From Selaginella moellendorffii (Eukaryota > Plantae > Lycopodiophyta), in assembly GCF_000143415.4 (NCBI RefSeq), contig NW_003314261.1:1750117-1814116 (forward strand): DNA of 64,000 nt, given 5' to 3'. The notes under the pieces were generated by a model. It worked only from the letters and a program-made list of their open reading frames with translations. It searched no databases and was not told the origin of the DNA. Position numbers and translations under genes: made by a program. This document shows, in pieces, positions 50,386 through 64,000 of the stretch; position 1 is the first letter of the stretch, and every line of letters starts with the position of its first letter.

Positions 50386-53300
50386 TCACTTGGTCTTGCA
50401 CGCATTGAGGATGGCCTCGACTTCGTATTCCTCTTCCCTTTGGATAACCTCAGGTAAAGGTCTTACTTGGTCCTTGCGAAGCGGATCCTCAAAATACGGC
50501 TTGAGTAAGTTCACATGGAACACGGGATGCATCTTCCCCATCTCTCGAGGAAGTCGGAGACGGTAAGCCACTTTACCGATTCGAGCCTCAATCTTGTAAG
50601 GCCCCGCGAACCTGCTTAAAGAACTTGAAATCAATTCATTTACAGGAATACATGCATTTTTACCTTTGGGTCAGCTTCCAGCTGATCCCACTTGGTAGCC
50701 TGAGTTTTTTGGTGTTCAACCACACCTTCTCTCCAGCTTGGAACTCTACGTCCCGGCGCTTCTGGTTCACATACTTGGTTTGCCTCTGTTGCGCCCGTTC
50801 CAAGGAATCCCTCACTAGATTCCAAATGTTGAGTCTTTTCGCCGTGAATGCCTCCATTGCGGGTAGCTCTCCATGATACTCGGCCACGCTGAGTTCCACA
50901 GGACCTTCAATAGCTCGCCCATTGATGACTTCCCATGGACTCACCCCAATACTCGAATGTGGTGAGTTGTTATAACACATTTCCGCAAGTCCCAAATGAC
51001 TTACCCAATCGGTCTGGTCTCCCGAGACATAGCATCACAAATAATCCTCCAGCTGCCTATTCACCCTTTCCGTTTGTCCGTTTGTCAAGAAGTGTTAGTG
51101 TCACCAAACTTGAATTAATACCCCATACCTGTCTGTGGGTGATAAGCTATGCTGAATTTCAACTTGGTGCGATACTGTTCCAGGAGAGTCCTCCAAAACC
51201 TACTAGTGAAGATCTTATCTCGATCTGAGATGATCTCTTCTGGCCTTCCCCGCACTCGAACAACTTGTTCGAAGAACAGCTTTGCCACACCTTCCGCATC
51301 CACTTCCGTTGTGGTGGGTATGAAATGTGCCATTTTCGAAAATCGGTCCACCACCACAAATATCGCATCAAACCCCTTGCTTGGGGGAAGTCCCGTGATG
51401 AAGTCCATCGTAAGACATTTCCACAGACGATCTGGAATTGGGATGCTTTGCAACAAGCCCCCACTAGCCTTAGTCATAGCTTTGACTTGCTGACATGTTG
51501 GACATGTCTTTACATAGTCTTGGACGTCCTTAGCCATATCTGGCCAATGGTACTTCCTCTTGAGTAAGCCCATCGTCTTGGGCACTCCGCCGTGTCCCGC
51601 AAGAAGTCCGTCATGACACTCTTCTAAGGCTGCCTTCCTTAGTTCCCCTTCTGGAACATACACCCTCGTTTGCTTGTAATAGATGAGTCCGTTGTGTTCT
51701 GCATAGCCTATTTTCTCTTCTGTTGGCAGCTCACCTCTCTTGTGAGCTTCCCACGCCTCTAGATTCCTCAACAACACTTCTTGTGCTAGACCATCGTTCT
51801 CATATACTGTCCGCACATCGTCCCAGAAGGTTGTTGTTGTGCTGGAGATTGCCAACCTCAAGCTCGCTTTTTGACTTAGCACATCTGCCATGATGTTGCT
51901 CTTCCCAGGCTTGTACAGAATCTCACAATCAAATTCGGCCAAGGCATTGGCCCACCGACCTTGTTTCCCTCTCAGGTCGGGCTGTGATAAGAAGTGTTTC
52001 GTTGCCACATTGTCCGTGTAAACCTTGAAGTGTCTCCCAAGGTAGTGTTGCCACTCCTTGAGCGCCTTGACCACCGCAAACAATTCCTTCTCGTGGGCAG
52101 GCCACTTCCGTTGAGCCTTGTCCAACTTCTTCGAGAAGAACGCTACTGGGTGGTTGTCTTGCTTCAAAACTACGCCCAACGCAAAGTCCGAAGCATCCGT
52201 TTCTACCTCAAAGTCTTTACCAAAGTCTGGTAATGCCAACACAGGAGCCTTCCTCAACTTCCCTTTGAGGTGGACGAATGCCGCCTCACATTCTGCTGTC
52301 CATGCCATCTTCCCTTTTCCTGTTTGGTCCGTTAAGGGCAAGGCTACTCTTGAATAGTGTCTGATAAACTTTCGGTAGTAATTGCATAGCCCCAAGAATG
52401 CCCTCAACTCATGTACATTCGCTGGTCACTCCCATTCCTGGATCGCTTGGACCTTCTCCGGATCCACCTTGAGCCCGTCCTGGCCCACCACATGCCCGAG
52501 AAACTTTACCTCTTGTTGAGCAAAGTCACATTTGCTCTCTTTAGCATACAGTTTGTGTTCCCTTAGTTTCTCAAACACCTTCGCTAAGTGTTCGGCATGC
52601 TCCTCTAGCGTCTCGCTATAGATCAGGATGTCGTCGATATAGACAACCACGAAGTGATCCAGATAGGGTACAAAGATGTGGTTCATCAATGCCGAAAACG
52701 TTGCCGGCACATTGCATAACCCGAAGGGCATCACCAGAAACTCAAAGCTCTCATACCTTGTTCGACAGGTTGTCTTCTTGACATCTTCCTCGGCTACCCT
52801 GATTTGGTAGTATCTTGACCTTAGGTCAATCCTCGAGAAGTATTTTGCCTTTCCCAACCTATCAAACAGGTCCTCAATTCTTGGCAAAGGGTACTTGTTC
52901 TTCTTTGTATACTTGTTGAGCAACCGGTAGTCTATACACATGCACATAGAGCCATCTTTCTTTTTCACAAATAACACCGGCGCCCCATACGGCGACTTGC
53001 TCAACCTAACATACCCTTTGTCTACCAACTCCTTTAGTTGGCACTTGAGCTCCTTGAGTTCTTTTTCGTTCAAACGATAGGGGGGGCGAACCACCGCCTC
53101 GGCACCCTCGACCAGCTCAATCTTATGTTCTATCGGTCGTGCGGGGGGCAACCCCGCCGGTAGCTCCTCCGGCATGGTATTCTGGAATTGGTCCAATACC
53201 CGTTGGATCACTAAAGGTACTTCTTCCATTCCTGTCTTTTTGTCACTCTTCACCGAGAGTAAGCACAAAAAGGTTGCCTTAGTTCCTTTAGGGAGTTGTC

Positions 53301-55000
53301 CTCTCGTGGACACCAGGTTTAAGCAGGAATCTTTGACCTTGCTTTGCCCTACCTTTAGATCCTGGGCCTCTACCCTAGATCTTCTTCCTTGGGCATTCGC
53401 CAATACCACAAGGTTCCTTCCTTGTCCATGCAGGGCTACCATGAACCGATTGAACCAATCCATTCCGAAGATCACGTCGAATCCCGCCATGTCCAACACG
53501 GTGAAATCCATGTCTACTTTCCATGTCCCTACTTCGACTCTCGCTTGTCGAATTACCTCATCGGTGCTTTGGCTACCTTGAACAAACTCTATAGTCCTTA
53601 GTTCGCCTAGCCGCTACACCATTAGTCCGGCTTGCCGGACTATGTTTGCAGCCACAAAATTATCTGAAGCACCCGTGTCAATAAGGATCTTAACAAAGCT
53701 ACCTCCGAGCTTCCCTCGAAGGGCTAGTAGATGTCACAAACGACTCTCTACCAAAGTTGCTTGTGTAATGAGTAACTTTGAGTTAGGGACTGGATCACAT
53801 ACCTCAGTTTGGACTTCACCCGACTTGATGGCCATATTGGCTCTAGCCTTCTTTGGGTAGGGACATTCCCTCGAAAAGTGTCCCGCTTCACTGCAGTTGT
53901 AGCACACGTTGTTTCCCACGCTGCTATATGACTTGACCTTCTTATCCGTGGGTTTGTCTCTTTTCGCTTGACTCCCCCACGTACTCGCTCGCTAGCCACC
54001 GGATTTGCCTTTCCGAAACCCCGAGGACTCATTCTTAGAGAAACTCTTCTTGAATTTCCCCCTACTATACGTTCCTCTTGGTTTGGCCCCTTTGCTAAAC
54101 ATGGATCCCGACCCCGTCGTGTTCCCTTTTCGCAGGTTATCGTTGAAATGCACTTTGATGGCCGCATCCAACGCTTCCTTGTAGTTGGTCGAGTTCCAGC
54201 GCATCACTTCACCACGAGCCCAGGTTTGCAAACCTGATATGAAGGCATGGAACGCATCCATATCCCCCATGTCCGTGACAAGTATCTTCTTTGCCATGAA
54301 CCTATTCACATATTCCTGGATGGTTCCAGTCTGCTTCAGCCTACTTAGCTCATCTCTCAGATGCAGAGTGGCATTCGGAGGAACGTATATTGCACGGATC
54401 ATCGCCTTCATCATGTCCCAAGTGGCCACTGGTCCTTCGTTGGCCTCCGTCGTTCTCCACCAAGACTTAGCATTATCTGCCAAGTATGGTTTTGCACATG
54501 GGACCTTCTCCAAGCTCGGTAATCGCAACGCTCGGAAGTAGTCCTCAATATCGTAAAACCAATCCTCCACCACCTTATAGTCATTCACTCCCTTGAAGAT
54601 CGGTGGGGGCTTTGGTTTGTACTTGGGAACTGCCTGAGAGACTGATTCTACTTCGGTCTGTTCGACCTTGTTTGATTCTGCCTCAGTCCTTGCCGAAGGG
54701 TCCGCACCTTCTGTGCTGCTAGCATCCGCAGTCTTTCTCTTTTTCTTCCGCTTCTGGTCACGCTTTAGCTTGCGTACGAGAGTCTCCAGCAGGGCATTGG
54801 TCTGTGCCAACTGTCCTTCTAGCACGTCCAATCGAGCCTTGGATGACCGAACCTCGCCACCGGACTCCTGTTTGGAAGTTTCCTCACTAGAGTCCTCCTC
54901 GTGCAAGGATTCCTCATCCATAGCCCCTTGTTCGACCAGAGGCTCCAGCTCCAGCGGAGGTTCCGTCTCCGCTTGGGTTCACTTACGCCCCGCCCTTGCC
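50386..55000 (-). pseudogene. gag-pol of element B (gag, CCHC, PR, RT, RH, IN, start of chromodomain), disrupted
   Basis: LKQTGTIQEY; CYNCSEAGHFSREC; LIDTGAS; YIDD; ETDASD; GHGG; TMDFI; SDRD; GPYKI; EEEYEVEAIL. Confidence 0.9.
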
Positions 55001-55061
55001 ATCTCCCAGCAATCCGCCTCTATCCTTCACTAGAACTGAGGAAAAGGCTCCGATACCAAAT

Positions 55062-56227
55062 TGTAAGCCACAAATTTTTCCTTTCCAATTTGCCAGCTTA
55101 CCTCGTCTATCCGACCAACACTGTCTTGGCTTGTGCTAAGTTCCCTTGCCAAGGTTCTCGCCTATTGTACCAGCTCCTACTTGGTCCTACTTGGTTTCAG
55201 CTACTCACTGCACGAGCAACGGAGTGTTAGCCATCCATCTACGGATTCCCAAATCTCTCCCAATCCCCCTCCCCGGGTTAGATTGGACTTAAGGTTTGGC
55301 TACACTCCCTGCAGGCACAAGCAGCCAAGCACACCAAGCCTCCAGGTTCCTAACACCCCTTGGTACAACAAGACTTGATCATGGGACCCTCTAAATCCCA
55401 AGCCTTGGGTGCAACACTTGCTTTGGGACGTTGGGGCGAAACACCATGGCCTAACGGCCCGGTATGGGTACCTTTACCCCCCCCACTTCCATCCCGAAGG
55501 AAGGCCCAAGCCCCTAGGAAGGGTGAGGACCAATGAGCCGCATGGTACTCAAGTGGGGCACCACTCCACTTGAGCCGGGAGCACCGCAGTCGGTTTCCCT
55601 TTCGAGAGTGGGAGCTGCTCTTGAGCACTTCCCTGGGTGGCCCCTCCGGCACCACCCAAGCCCATGCTTACTCCCACCCAAGGCCCCTCAGCCCCAGTCT
55701 CAACCTCAAGTCGGTTTGGAAGCCCCACTAGAGAGTTCCTTCAAGACTGGTTCCTAGACCTCACTATCCCTACTATACTTTTGGAACCCCCTGTAGCCCC
55801 CCCCCCCCCGCCCCTAGGAGACGCACGCTTTGGGCTTCTACCCCTTGACCCGTATTAGTATTTGGACTTAGTCTCTGGCTCGATCTTGGACTCGATTTCA
55901 GATCCGACTTCGGATTCGGTCTCGGACTCGATCTCGAACTCGATCTCGGACCCGATCTCGGACCCGACCTCGGACTTGACCTCGGACTTAGTCTCGGACC
56001 CGATTTCGGATCTCGGACTCCGTCTCGAACTCGGTCTTGAACTCGGTCTCGAACTCGGTCCCCGAGTCGGTTTCGGACTCGATTCCGGACTCTATCTCGA
56101 ACTCGGTCCTAGAGTCAATCTTAGACTTGATCTTAGACTTGGTCCCATCCAATGAACTCTTTATCATTTTGGTCAAGCTTTTGGGGCTCCTTTAGCCTAC
56201 GACACCTCGGCGAGTTGGTTCCTTACA
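55062..56227 (-). repeat. 5' LTR of element B (uninterrupted; holds the empty insertion site)
   Basis: Matches 39630-40716 plus 49762-49825. Confidence 0.93.
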
Positions 56228-58094
56228 AGAGACTTACTTGGCTGAATAAATCCAAACTTAAGTAACTCCTTCACTTGTCGTTGAACTTCTTGCTCCTCCG
56301 CATAGCTTAACCGAAATGGACACGTGTAAATTGGCTGTGTCCCTGGCTCCAATGTAATCCCATGCTCCACACCTCATAACAGAGGTAATCCATGAGGAAG
56401 TTCAGATGGAAAAACATCAGAAAACTCGTCAAGTACATCCCATACTGCTGCTTCTCCCCCACATGTGCCTTGGTCCCCCAACTCACAAAAAAACAGCAAG
56501 TAACTTGAAAGTGCTTTTCCATTACGACAAGCCCGCGTCAAAGATGTAATAGAGAGTATAACAACTGGTGGCTGAACGCCCTCGCCAAACCACACATCTT
56601 TAACACCACCATACTCTAGCGAGATACACTTAATGCTCCACTCTATCTCTGGATCCACCTTCACCAACCATGGCATCCCAAGAATGCGATCCATAAGATG
56701 GATATCCGTGAGATAAAAAATCTCCACAAGTGTGGTTTTGCCAACCAACACTTCCAGCCCCTCGACACAAGCATTGAAATGCTGAGCAGAGGTAGCTGCA
56801 CCCTCCACTGTGTATGGAAGAATGCCGCGTGTGACCAGGCCATGCTCTGCAACAAACTTTGCTGAAACAAAGTTGTCATCGCTCCCACTATCCAGTAAAA
56901 TCCGCACTGGACCGCCACGGAACACGCCCTCCAGCATTAAAGCTGATTCACGCGTATCCTCGAGTTCCATCTTGTTCCACACACAGTTGAGTTGACGAGC
57001 AACAATCGAAAGTCGCTTCCTCCGACCGGAATGGTTGTTCTCCTCATCCTCATGCTGCAAAGTTTGCAACTTTTTAGCATCTGACTTACCGTGAGAAGAA
57101 GATTGGCCATTTTTCTTGTCCTACTGCTTGTTCTTCAACTGCGGACCTTGTAGTGTCCAAGTTCGCCGCAATGATGACAACCTTGTCTATAATTCTTCAC
57201 AAAGAACTTCTTCTTCTTGGACCCCTTTGTATCTTAGGTAGTCACCACCGACTTCAACTTGTGATGCTTGTTCCCATCCTGGTGTCCACAGTGATCATCA
57301 CGATGATTCTCGACAAAAGGACTCCACAAACTCTTGCGAGACTTGTGTTTATCATTGTCAAGTCGACGAGCTGCATCAAAGAGCTCCTCAAAACTCTTTG
57401 TAGGCTGAGAATGACGCAAGTGTTGCCGCATGCTCTCACTATGTAGGCCATCAATGAAGTAGGATTTGTTCTAATCTAGATCCTTCGTTGGAACACGACT
57501 AATCAAGCGAGTAAGCTTCTCAATATAGTCCCCAAGTGTCATTTTCCCTTGCTGGAAATGTCAAAGTTCTATACGAGCATTCTCCACGTCGTAATGAGGG
57601 GCAAAACATAAACGAAAAGCAGCCTCAAACTCATCCATGGTAAACACTGGTGGTTTCTTATCCGCAACACGGGACTCCTCAAGCCAATTCCACCATCGAA
57701 GACCCGCATCACGCAAAACCATTGGAATAGCCACTAAAGCCTCTGCATCTGGAGTTCCTCTAGTAGCCAAGAACTTCTTCACATTAGCTAGCCAAGTGAG
57801 ACACTTGTCCACACCACCATCACCGGAAAAGGTTGGAATCTTGAGTCGATCTACCAAAGAAGGCTTACTTGGAGCGCTACCCCATCCAACCTTGAGTGCC
57901 TTAACACGCCCACACATGGTATCCATCATGCCATGCCTCTCATCTTGCATCTCTTGCTGATTTCGATTAAGGGCTTGCAACTCATGAACCACATCTTGAA
58001 TAGTCCAAATCTCCACAACTTTGTCAGCACCATCATCGGCACCACCATTGACAATAGGATTCCAGCGTTCAGCTTGGTCGGCCATCACAACCAA
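56228..58094 (-). pseudogene. gag and protease of element D, degenerate
   Basis: LKIPTFSG...WL; ILLDSGS; ILGMPWL; VLDEFSDVFP. Confidence 0.8.
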
Positions 58095-58670
58095 CCTCCC
58101 TCTGATACCAATGTTATGATCCGGCGCAAAAAGACAAAAATCTAGTTGCCCTAAACTATGTTACACCACCTCTTGAGGTTCCTCACCACCCAACCACCCC
58201 TGAGATACCTCAAAAGCTCCATTACGCCGCCGCTCCACTGTGAGCTCTAGGGTAGGTTAAGTCCCTTACCCTAACATGCCTTAATATACCCTTGAGCCTA
58301 CCTTTGACCAACGTTGACCATGTAGTCAAAGCTGGTGCCTAACTAGTTGCTCCATTTTCTTCCATATAGTTTGTGGCAAGCCACTTCCCCCTATCTCAAT
58401 ACCATCAACAAATGATGCCAGCTTGTTTGAGATCACTTGGAATGCATTTCAAACAAAGCTCAACCATACTATTATTATGTTCTCCTTTGGCACCCATAGG
58501 ATTTGAACCCAGGAGCTCAAGGAGAAGAGCCTTGTCAAAGCTACACTCAAAGCTTTAACCATTGTTTGTTATATCCACATTATCACTTTCATGATACCTC
58601 CGTTCAACAGTCGAAACGTGGAAATTGGAATCTCTCTGGCCGGGGGAGTCATTTAAAAGGTTTACTGTTT

Positions 58671-59890
58671 GAGACTTGGCCACACCCAGCTCTCGCAAAG
58701 GTAAATATGTGCTCACTGCTTCCTCTCTGCTGCTCTAGAACAGAGCCCCCGGAGGCCGCCAGCAAACACGATGGTCACAACGAAGCTCTCATTGTTGGAG
58801 TGACCGGCATAGTTGGCAATAGCCTGGTCGAAGCTTTGCAGCATCCCGACGCACCCGGAGCCCCTGGAGAATCCGCGGCATCGCCCGCCGGCCCAGGCCC
58901 CGCTGGTTCGAGCACCCGGACGTCGACTATATCCAGTGTAACCTGCTGAATCTGTCCCAAGTCACACCCAAGCTCTCCAGCCTCGACAGAGTGACTCATG
59001 TATTCTGGGTTGCCTGGGAAAAGAAGAGCACCGAGGAGGAGAACTGCGAGGCCAATGGTTTCATGCTGCGATCTGTCCTCCAAACGCTGCTACCAGTTGC
59101 CAAGAGACTCAAGCACGTCTGCCTCCAAACCGGTGTCAAGCATTACCTGGGACCGTATTTTCACTTCGGCACCATCAAGCACTATCGGCCTCCATTCCGC
59201 GAGGACCTGCCCCAAGTCCCCGGCCTTCCAAACTTCTACTACACTCTGGAGGATATCTTGTTCGAGGCATGCTCGCCGTCGTCGGGCATAACGTGGTCCG
59301 TCCACCGGCCTAACATAATCTTCGGCTTTGCTCCTCGGAACCACACCAACGTTCTTGGCAGCTTGGCCATATATGCTGCTATTTGCAAACACCAGAAGCT
59401 CAGCTTTAATTTTCCAGGAAACCGGCAGTCGTGGGAGACGCTTACGAACGTTTCGGATGCCGACCTTGTTGCGGAGCAGGAGCTGTGGGCTGCGACGAAT
59501 CCAAGCGCCAAGAATGAAGCGTTTAACGTTGCCGACGGAGACTGCACGAGCTCGGAGAGGCTTTGGGCTGTCATGGCTCGGGAGTTCAAGCTTGAGTGTC
59601 CGGTGTACGATGGAAAGCCAGTCAGTCTCGAACAGCTTCTGAAGAATAAGAAAAACGTGTGGGAGCAGATCGTTGTCGAGAACGGCCTTCTCGAGACGGC
59701 AGTACAGGACGAGACGTGGTGGGCTGTCGATTTGTGTCTCAACTTCCCGTTCCAGGTAGTCAGCTGCATGAACAAGAGCAAAGAACACGGCTTCCTCAGT
59801 TACAGGAACAGTGAAAAGTCCGTAATCTACTGGATACGAAAGATGAAAGAGAGGAATATCTTACCAGACGACAAATTTTGGACCAGCTGA
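58671..59890 (+). pseudogene. PRISE / VEP1-type progesterone 5-beta-reductase-like SDR with an apparent 1-nt frameshift at ~58860; start not determined
   Basis: ALIVGVTGIVG, then in the shifted frame WRIRGIARR, VTHVFWV, LQTGVKHY, NFYYTLED, WSVHRP, EAFN, MNKSKEHGF. Confidence 0.85.
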
Positions 59891-60055
59891 GTCGTTGCTC
59901 GTGCAGTCCGAATGCTCTGGCCCATCTAATAGCAATTACGTGCTTCCCTTCTCCACCCTTCCAAACTTTAAGAGAACAAAAAATCCGAAGAATCCAGCTG
60001 TCCTTCGCTATCTAACTTTCCAAATCCTGCTTATCTTACACCTGTAAGTGACGGA

Positions 60056-61567
60056 TCAGGACGGTCTGTCTAGAAAGACCGACTCCACCGATCGAAGCCC
60101 CTGATAACTGGCGTCAAACACGAGCTCCCCAGTTCCCACAGGTTTGGTCTGCTTCTTGAACTTGAGTAAAGCCAACGTGCTCGGATCGGTATCGATGGAC
60201 TCCTCCACCCGCTTCTTATCCTTGGAATCGTCGTGCTTGTCCAGGCGCTGCATTTGCTTCCGGATAACAGCAGGCTTCCCAGCTTGAACAGCACTAGAAG
60301 GTAAATCCCGGTTGGAAATTGTCCCGTTAATGTTTGGTGCCAACGCCAAAGGCCGATTCGTTTAAACTCTGCACGGAATGGTGCTGTAAATCAACGCAAA
60401 AGTACATAGTAGAAAACGCTTACTTGTTTCTGCAAAGCTTTTCTCCTTTCTTTCGCTCTGTAAACAGCATTCTTGATCCCGTCCTTGTCCATCCAGCCCT
60501 CAAGCCATAGATCAGCCAGCTGGAAAAAAAAAATAAAAAAAAATTTCAAGAATATAGTAGGGTGGAGAAATTTGGACACAATAAACCTCCATATAGAGCT
60601 TGCGACTTTGAGTACTCATCAGTTCCCTGCAGAGGAATAACACTTAACACCTTCAAACGTTGCAATGCAAGTAAACCTAGGTACTGATCATAGAGTTCGC
60701 AGGTCCAGTCTTCTGTAGCTTGGTCCCATTTGTAGTTCTTTTCACCAACTCCTTGAACGTCGTTGGAGAATCCTTCTTCAGCCTGACAGTTTTTCAACAA
60801 TTAATAACATTATTATACCTTTGCCTGTATCGATTGTACGCTTGAGCGAACAATTTCTGTCAAGTCACGCTTCATATGCGACAAACGATGTTCCTTTTCT
60901 TGCTTAGCGACTAAGCCATCTCCTTCAAATTTCTCTACAGATGTAAAGAAGAAAAACATCATTCTAGTAAACAACAGGGTGGAGAAAAGTACCAGTGTCT
61001 TCAACCGCATCAGATGACCAAGTATGCTCATCAAACAATCGATAAGCTCGTCAGGAACTTTTCCTTGCCTCGCCTACAAAAGCACAACGGACTCAGAATC
61101 GGTTCGTAAATATCTTTACTGCATACCGCAAGTCTAGCAACTTTCGCTATTTTGGCCTTTATTTCCCTTGGCAAACGCCTTACTTTTCCGGTGGCATTTG
61201 GCTCTAGAACATCTGGAATCGGACGCACTAGTACAAAGAGCCACGTTAGAAATCATCACAAAATATATAACTTCCTTACGCTGAGCAAGTCCAGCTTTTA
61301 GATCTTGAATGGCCCTTTCCAAAAGTGACATGAGGATCAACGCTCGAGTTTCCTAACGTTGAATTCTGCTAAACAAAAGTTAGAACACCAACTTAAATCT
61401 TTCAGACTTACTGCTGACGAAGAAACTTCGCAGACATCTGCACCTGAATATGGCTTCACAAACTTTGGCCGGCTCGGACTTACAACAGTGCTCTTCCTTA
61501 GAGCTACCTCATTTCTCTCGCTTTCGTTGGTGCGGGAGCTGTTCTTCATCAACCCTTTCAACGACAC
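60056..61567 (-). CDS. Ubinuclein (UBN1/2)-like multi-exon gene, middle-domain part; N-terminal HRD not seen, possibly truncated
   Basis: Exons encode LLERAIQDL, RRLPREIKAKIAKVARLA, LMSILGHLMRLKTL, YKWDQATED..CELYDQY, LADLWLEGWMDKDGIK.AVYRAKERR; short GT-AG introns. Confidence 0.72.
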
Positions 61568-63579
61568 ATTTCTTGATATGTAATTGGCTTCCCTGCAACT
61601 ACTCCCGTCCCTTGAGAAAAATTAGTATTTGCCCAGCATATGCTGTGTACTTAGAAAAATACTTTTTTGATTTTTTAATATATTAAAAACTAAATTGGAA
61701 TAGTATTAAAATAATAAATATTGTATTCCACTTTGATTGAGGGAATTATGCCTAGAAAGTGCTAGATGAATACAAAAATCAATTCTTGTAAACTTGATAA
61801 TATAAATATTTAGAACAAAATATATTTCTAGGCATAAGTAAGAATAAATATTCATTAACAAAAATATAATATACAAATTATTCTTTGGAAATATGAATAT
61901 ATTTAGAGAAATACCTGACAAAGAAAAAAATAAAAATGATTTTTCTATTATTAGAAATATATTATATATAATTATTTTTTTCATTTTTTAGGTCCTAAAA
62001 AGTATACTAATACTCAAACCCTTCTCAGAAAATCAAGATCAATCTATGGTACACCCACATTTGATATAACATTACTTATTGTTAATTTTTATATGTTTTA
62101 ATGATATTTAGATAAGCCATATGTACAGAATACTATTTTCTTATTATATTTGTAAATACTGTTAAAATTAAATATAAAAGTTAATTTTGACCTAAACTAT
62201 TCAAATATTATAATACTTTATAAAACAGAATAAGTTTAGATAAAGGTGATTATTTTATTCATTAAGAAATAAAAATAATAATGTATATTTACTCAGCAAC
62301 CTGTTAAACAGAATTTACATATTTGCCAGTTTTAAATTTTGATTTAGTGATGCCACCAAAGACATACATAATCTATCAGCTCGGGTTTTGGGATTGTAGA
62401 TCACTTCGTTCCATTCACTGGCGAGCAAAGCACAAAAGACTAAATTGCAGACATTCACAAAGCCAACTAGCAAAGCAGCAGTACCACTCTTCGTTGAAAT
62501 TATGTTGCCACTTTCCACTGCAATTGTAGCTCTTACTTTCGAATGCATCAAAAAGGCCACACATTTAGAAATTGTTAAAAGGCTGGCCATGGCGGGGAAT
62601 TCTTGCACAAGGCTCCATAACAAAGTTGCTTCCAGATTCTTGCAGAGCCTTTGAGCATCAAGGAAAATCATGTGGTGGCCCTCATGAGAAAGGTATCTCA
62701 CAATGGCATGGCAGACTTTTTAGTGTTGGCTGGTCCGATTGTATACCAAAATCCATACATATGGGTTGCCTCACCTCTCATTGCGACTCAGAAATTACAC
62801 CCTCTTCCCACAGTACTTCTAGGCATCCGCGGATGAAATCAATCAGCCTTCCTCACCCATATGATGGCAAGGGATCAAGCATGGGCGAATCTTAAGGATC
62901 CTAGCGAAGAAATCCAGAAAAAAATCACTTTTTATCTTCCGTGCTAAAACTCTTCTCTTACCTTGGAGGCAAGGATTGTGGCGTCCTGTTCCAAGAAGAG
63001 AGTCATGTGGCTCGTGAGATTGATTTGGTGAGCTGATCATCATGCCTCCCAGCTTGCCAAAGCTGCCAATGTGATCAATTGCCTTCAATTGCCTTTTAGA
63101 ACGCCTTGGTGTTAAGCATGATCCCGTTGCTCACTCCCCCAAAATCGGCAATGGAGAAAATGCGCGGCCACGCCATCAGTAGCCCTGGGACCAGCCTGCT
63201 CTCCACGCTGTTGCATCCCTGGATAGCTAGCAAGCAATCACCCAGCAGGAACAGTGATGGTGATGCATTCTTCACAATGCTTTCTTCACTCAACAGTTAA
63301 CACTTTGCATGTGACACGTGTCATAGTGCCTTCCTCTCCCACCGAGAGCAAACTTCAGTTAAAACATGTGGTTAAAGAAGTAACCTTTTTACAGTTACCC
63401 TTGTGATTGGCTTAATCCAGCAACCCAAAAATTTTGGCAACTCCTTATTGTAATAAATTTCAGCAAAACGTGGTTAAAGAAATACCCCCATTGGACAGCT
63501 GCCATTGGCTGGATCCAGCAGCCTAGAAGGTTCAGCTATTATTATAGATAAATATAAATTGAACTTTGGCCATACCACG

Positions 63580-64000
63580 TGGAATGCATTTCAAACAAAG
63601 CTCAACCATACTATTATTATGTTCTCCTTTGGCGCCCATAGGATTTGAACCCAGGAGCTCAAGGAGAAGAACCTTGTCAAAGCTACACTCAAAGCTTTAA
63701 CCGTTGTTTGTTATATCCACATTATCACTTTCATGATACCTCTGTTCTAGCTATTTGAACAGTCGAAACGTGGAAATTTGGAATCTCTCCGGCCGGGGGA
63801 GTCATTTAAAAGGTTTACTGTTTGAGACTTGGCCGCGCCCAGCTCTCGCAAAGGTAAGTATGTGCTCACTGCTTCCTCTCTGCTGCTCTAGAACAGAGCC
63901 CCCGGAGGCCGCCAGCAAACACGATGGTCACAACGAAGCTCTCATTGTTGGAGTGACCGGCATAGTTGGCAATAGCCTGGTCGAAGCTTTGCAGCGTCCC
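63580..64000 (+). repeat. Duplicate of the PRISE upstream region and 5' coding start (second PRISE copy runs off the window)
   Basis: Near-identical to ~58438-58847, including GVTGIVGNSLVEALQ. Confidence 0.9.

Larger units (their letters stand above)
39630..56227 (-). mobile_element. Ty3/gypsy chromovirus-type element B inserted in the RT of element D
   Basis: LTRs TGTAAG...TTACA at 39630-49825 (interrupted) and 55062-56227; near-TSD GGAGA/AGAGA; PBS (reverse complement GGCTCCGATACCA) at 55046-55058. Confidence 0.92.
36905..58343 (-). mobile_element. Degenerate Ty3/gypsy element D (outermost of a three-level nest)
   Basis: LTRs ~36905-37085 and ~58112-58343; PBS (reverse complement CTCTGATACCA) at 58100-58110; PPT (poly-C on +) at 37086-37098; pol split by element B. 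Confidence 0.85.

Noticed and set aside
59090-59788. Minus-strand ORFs of 232 and 180 aa
   Set aside because: Antisense to the GC-rich PRISE coding exon.

Overview
Eukaryotic land-plant DNA. The very short (~45-56 bp) introns and the PPR-DYW, PRISE and ubinuclein-like genes suggest a compact non-seed-plant genome such as Selaginella (inference). About 85% of the window is nested transposons: four Ty3/gypsy-type LTR elements plus decayed copies, followed by a small gene island at 58.4-64 kb. The standout is a large cut-and-paste DNA transposon present twice (4811-17177 and 40717-49757), with 24-bp TIRs (AAGCTCTATTTCGTTAAAGTGGGA) and 4-bp TSDs. The empty site is visible in the sister LTR. It carries two divergent genes. 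One is a Sola-like DDD transposase with extra N- and C-terminal domains. The other is a single multi-exon cargo gene of roughly 1,600 aa that joins a ParB/Srx-like domain, a degenerate permuted (beta-class) amino-methyltransferase-like region and an FCP1/SCP-type HAD phosphatase. About 17 copies of a 22-bp palindrome (ATGGCATGWGGCCWCATGCCAT) are spread through copy 1, mostly inside its tiny introns and non-coding DNA. This looks like a transposon-encoded ParB/parS-like self-recognition system, possibly anti-silencing. Domain calls are by eye from motifs and need HMM or structure confirmation.
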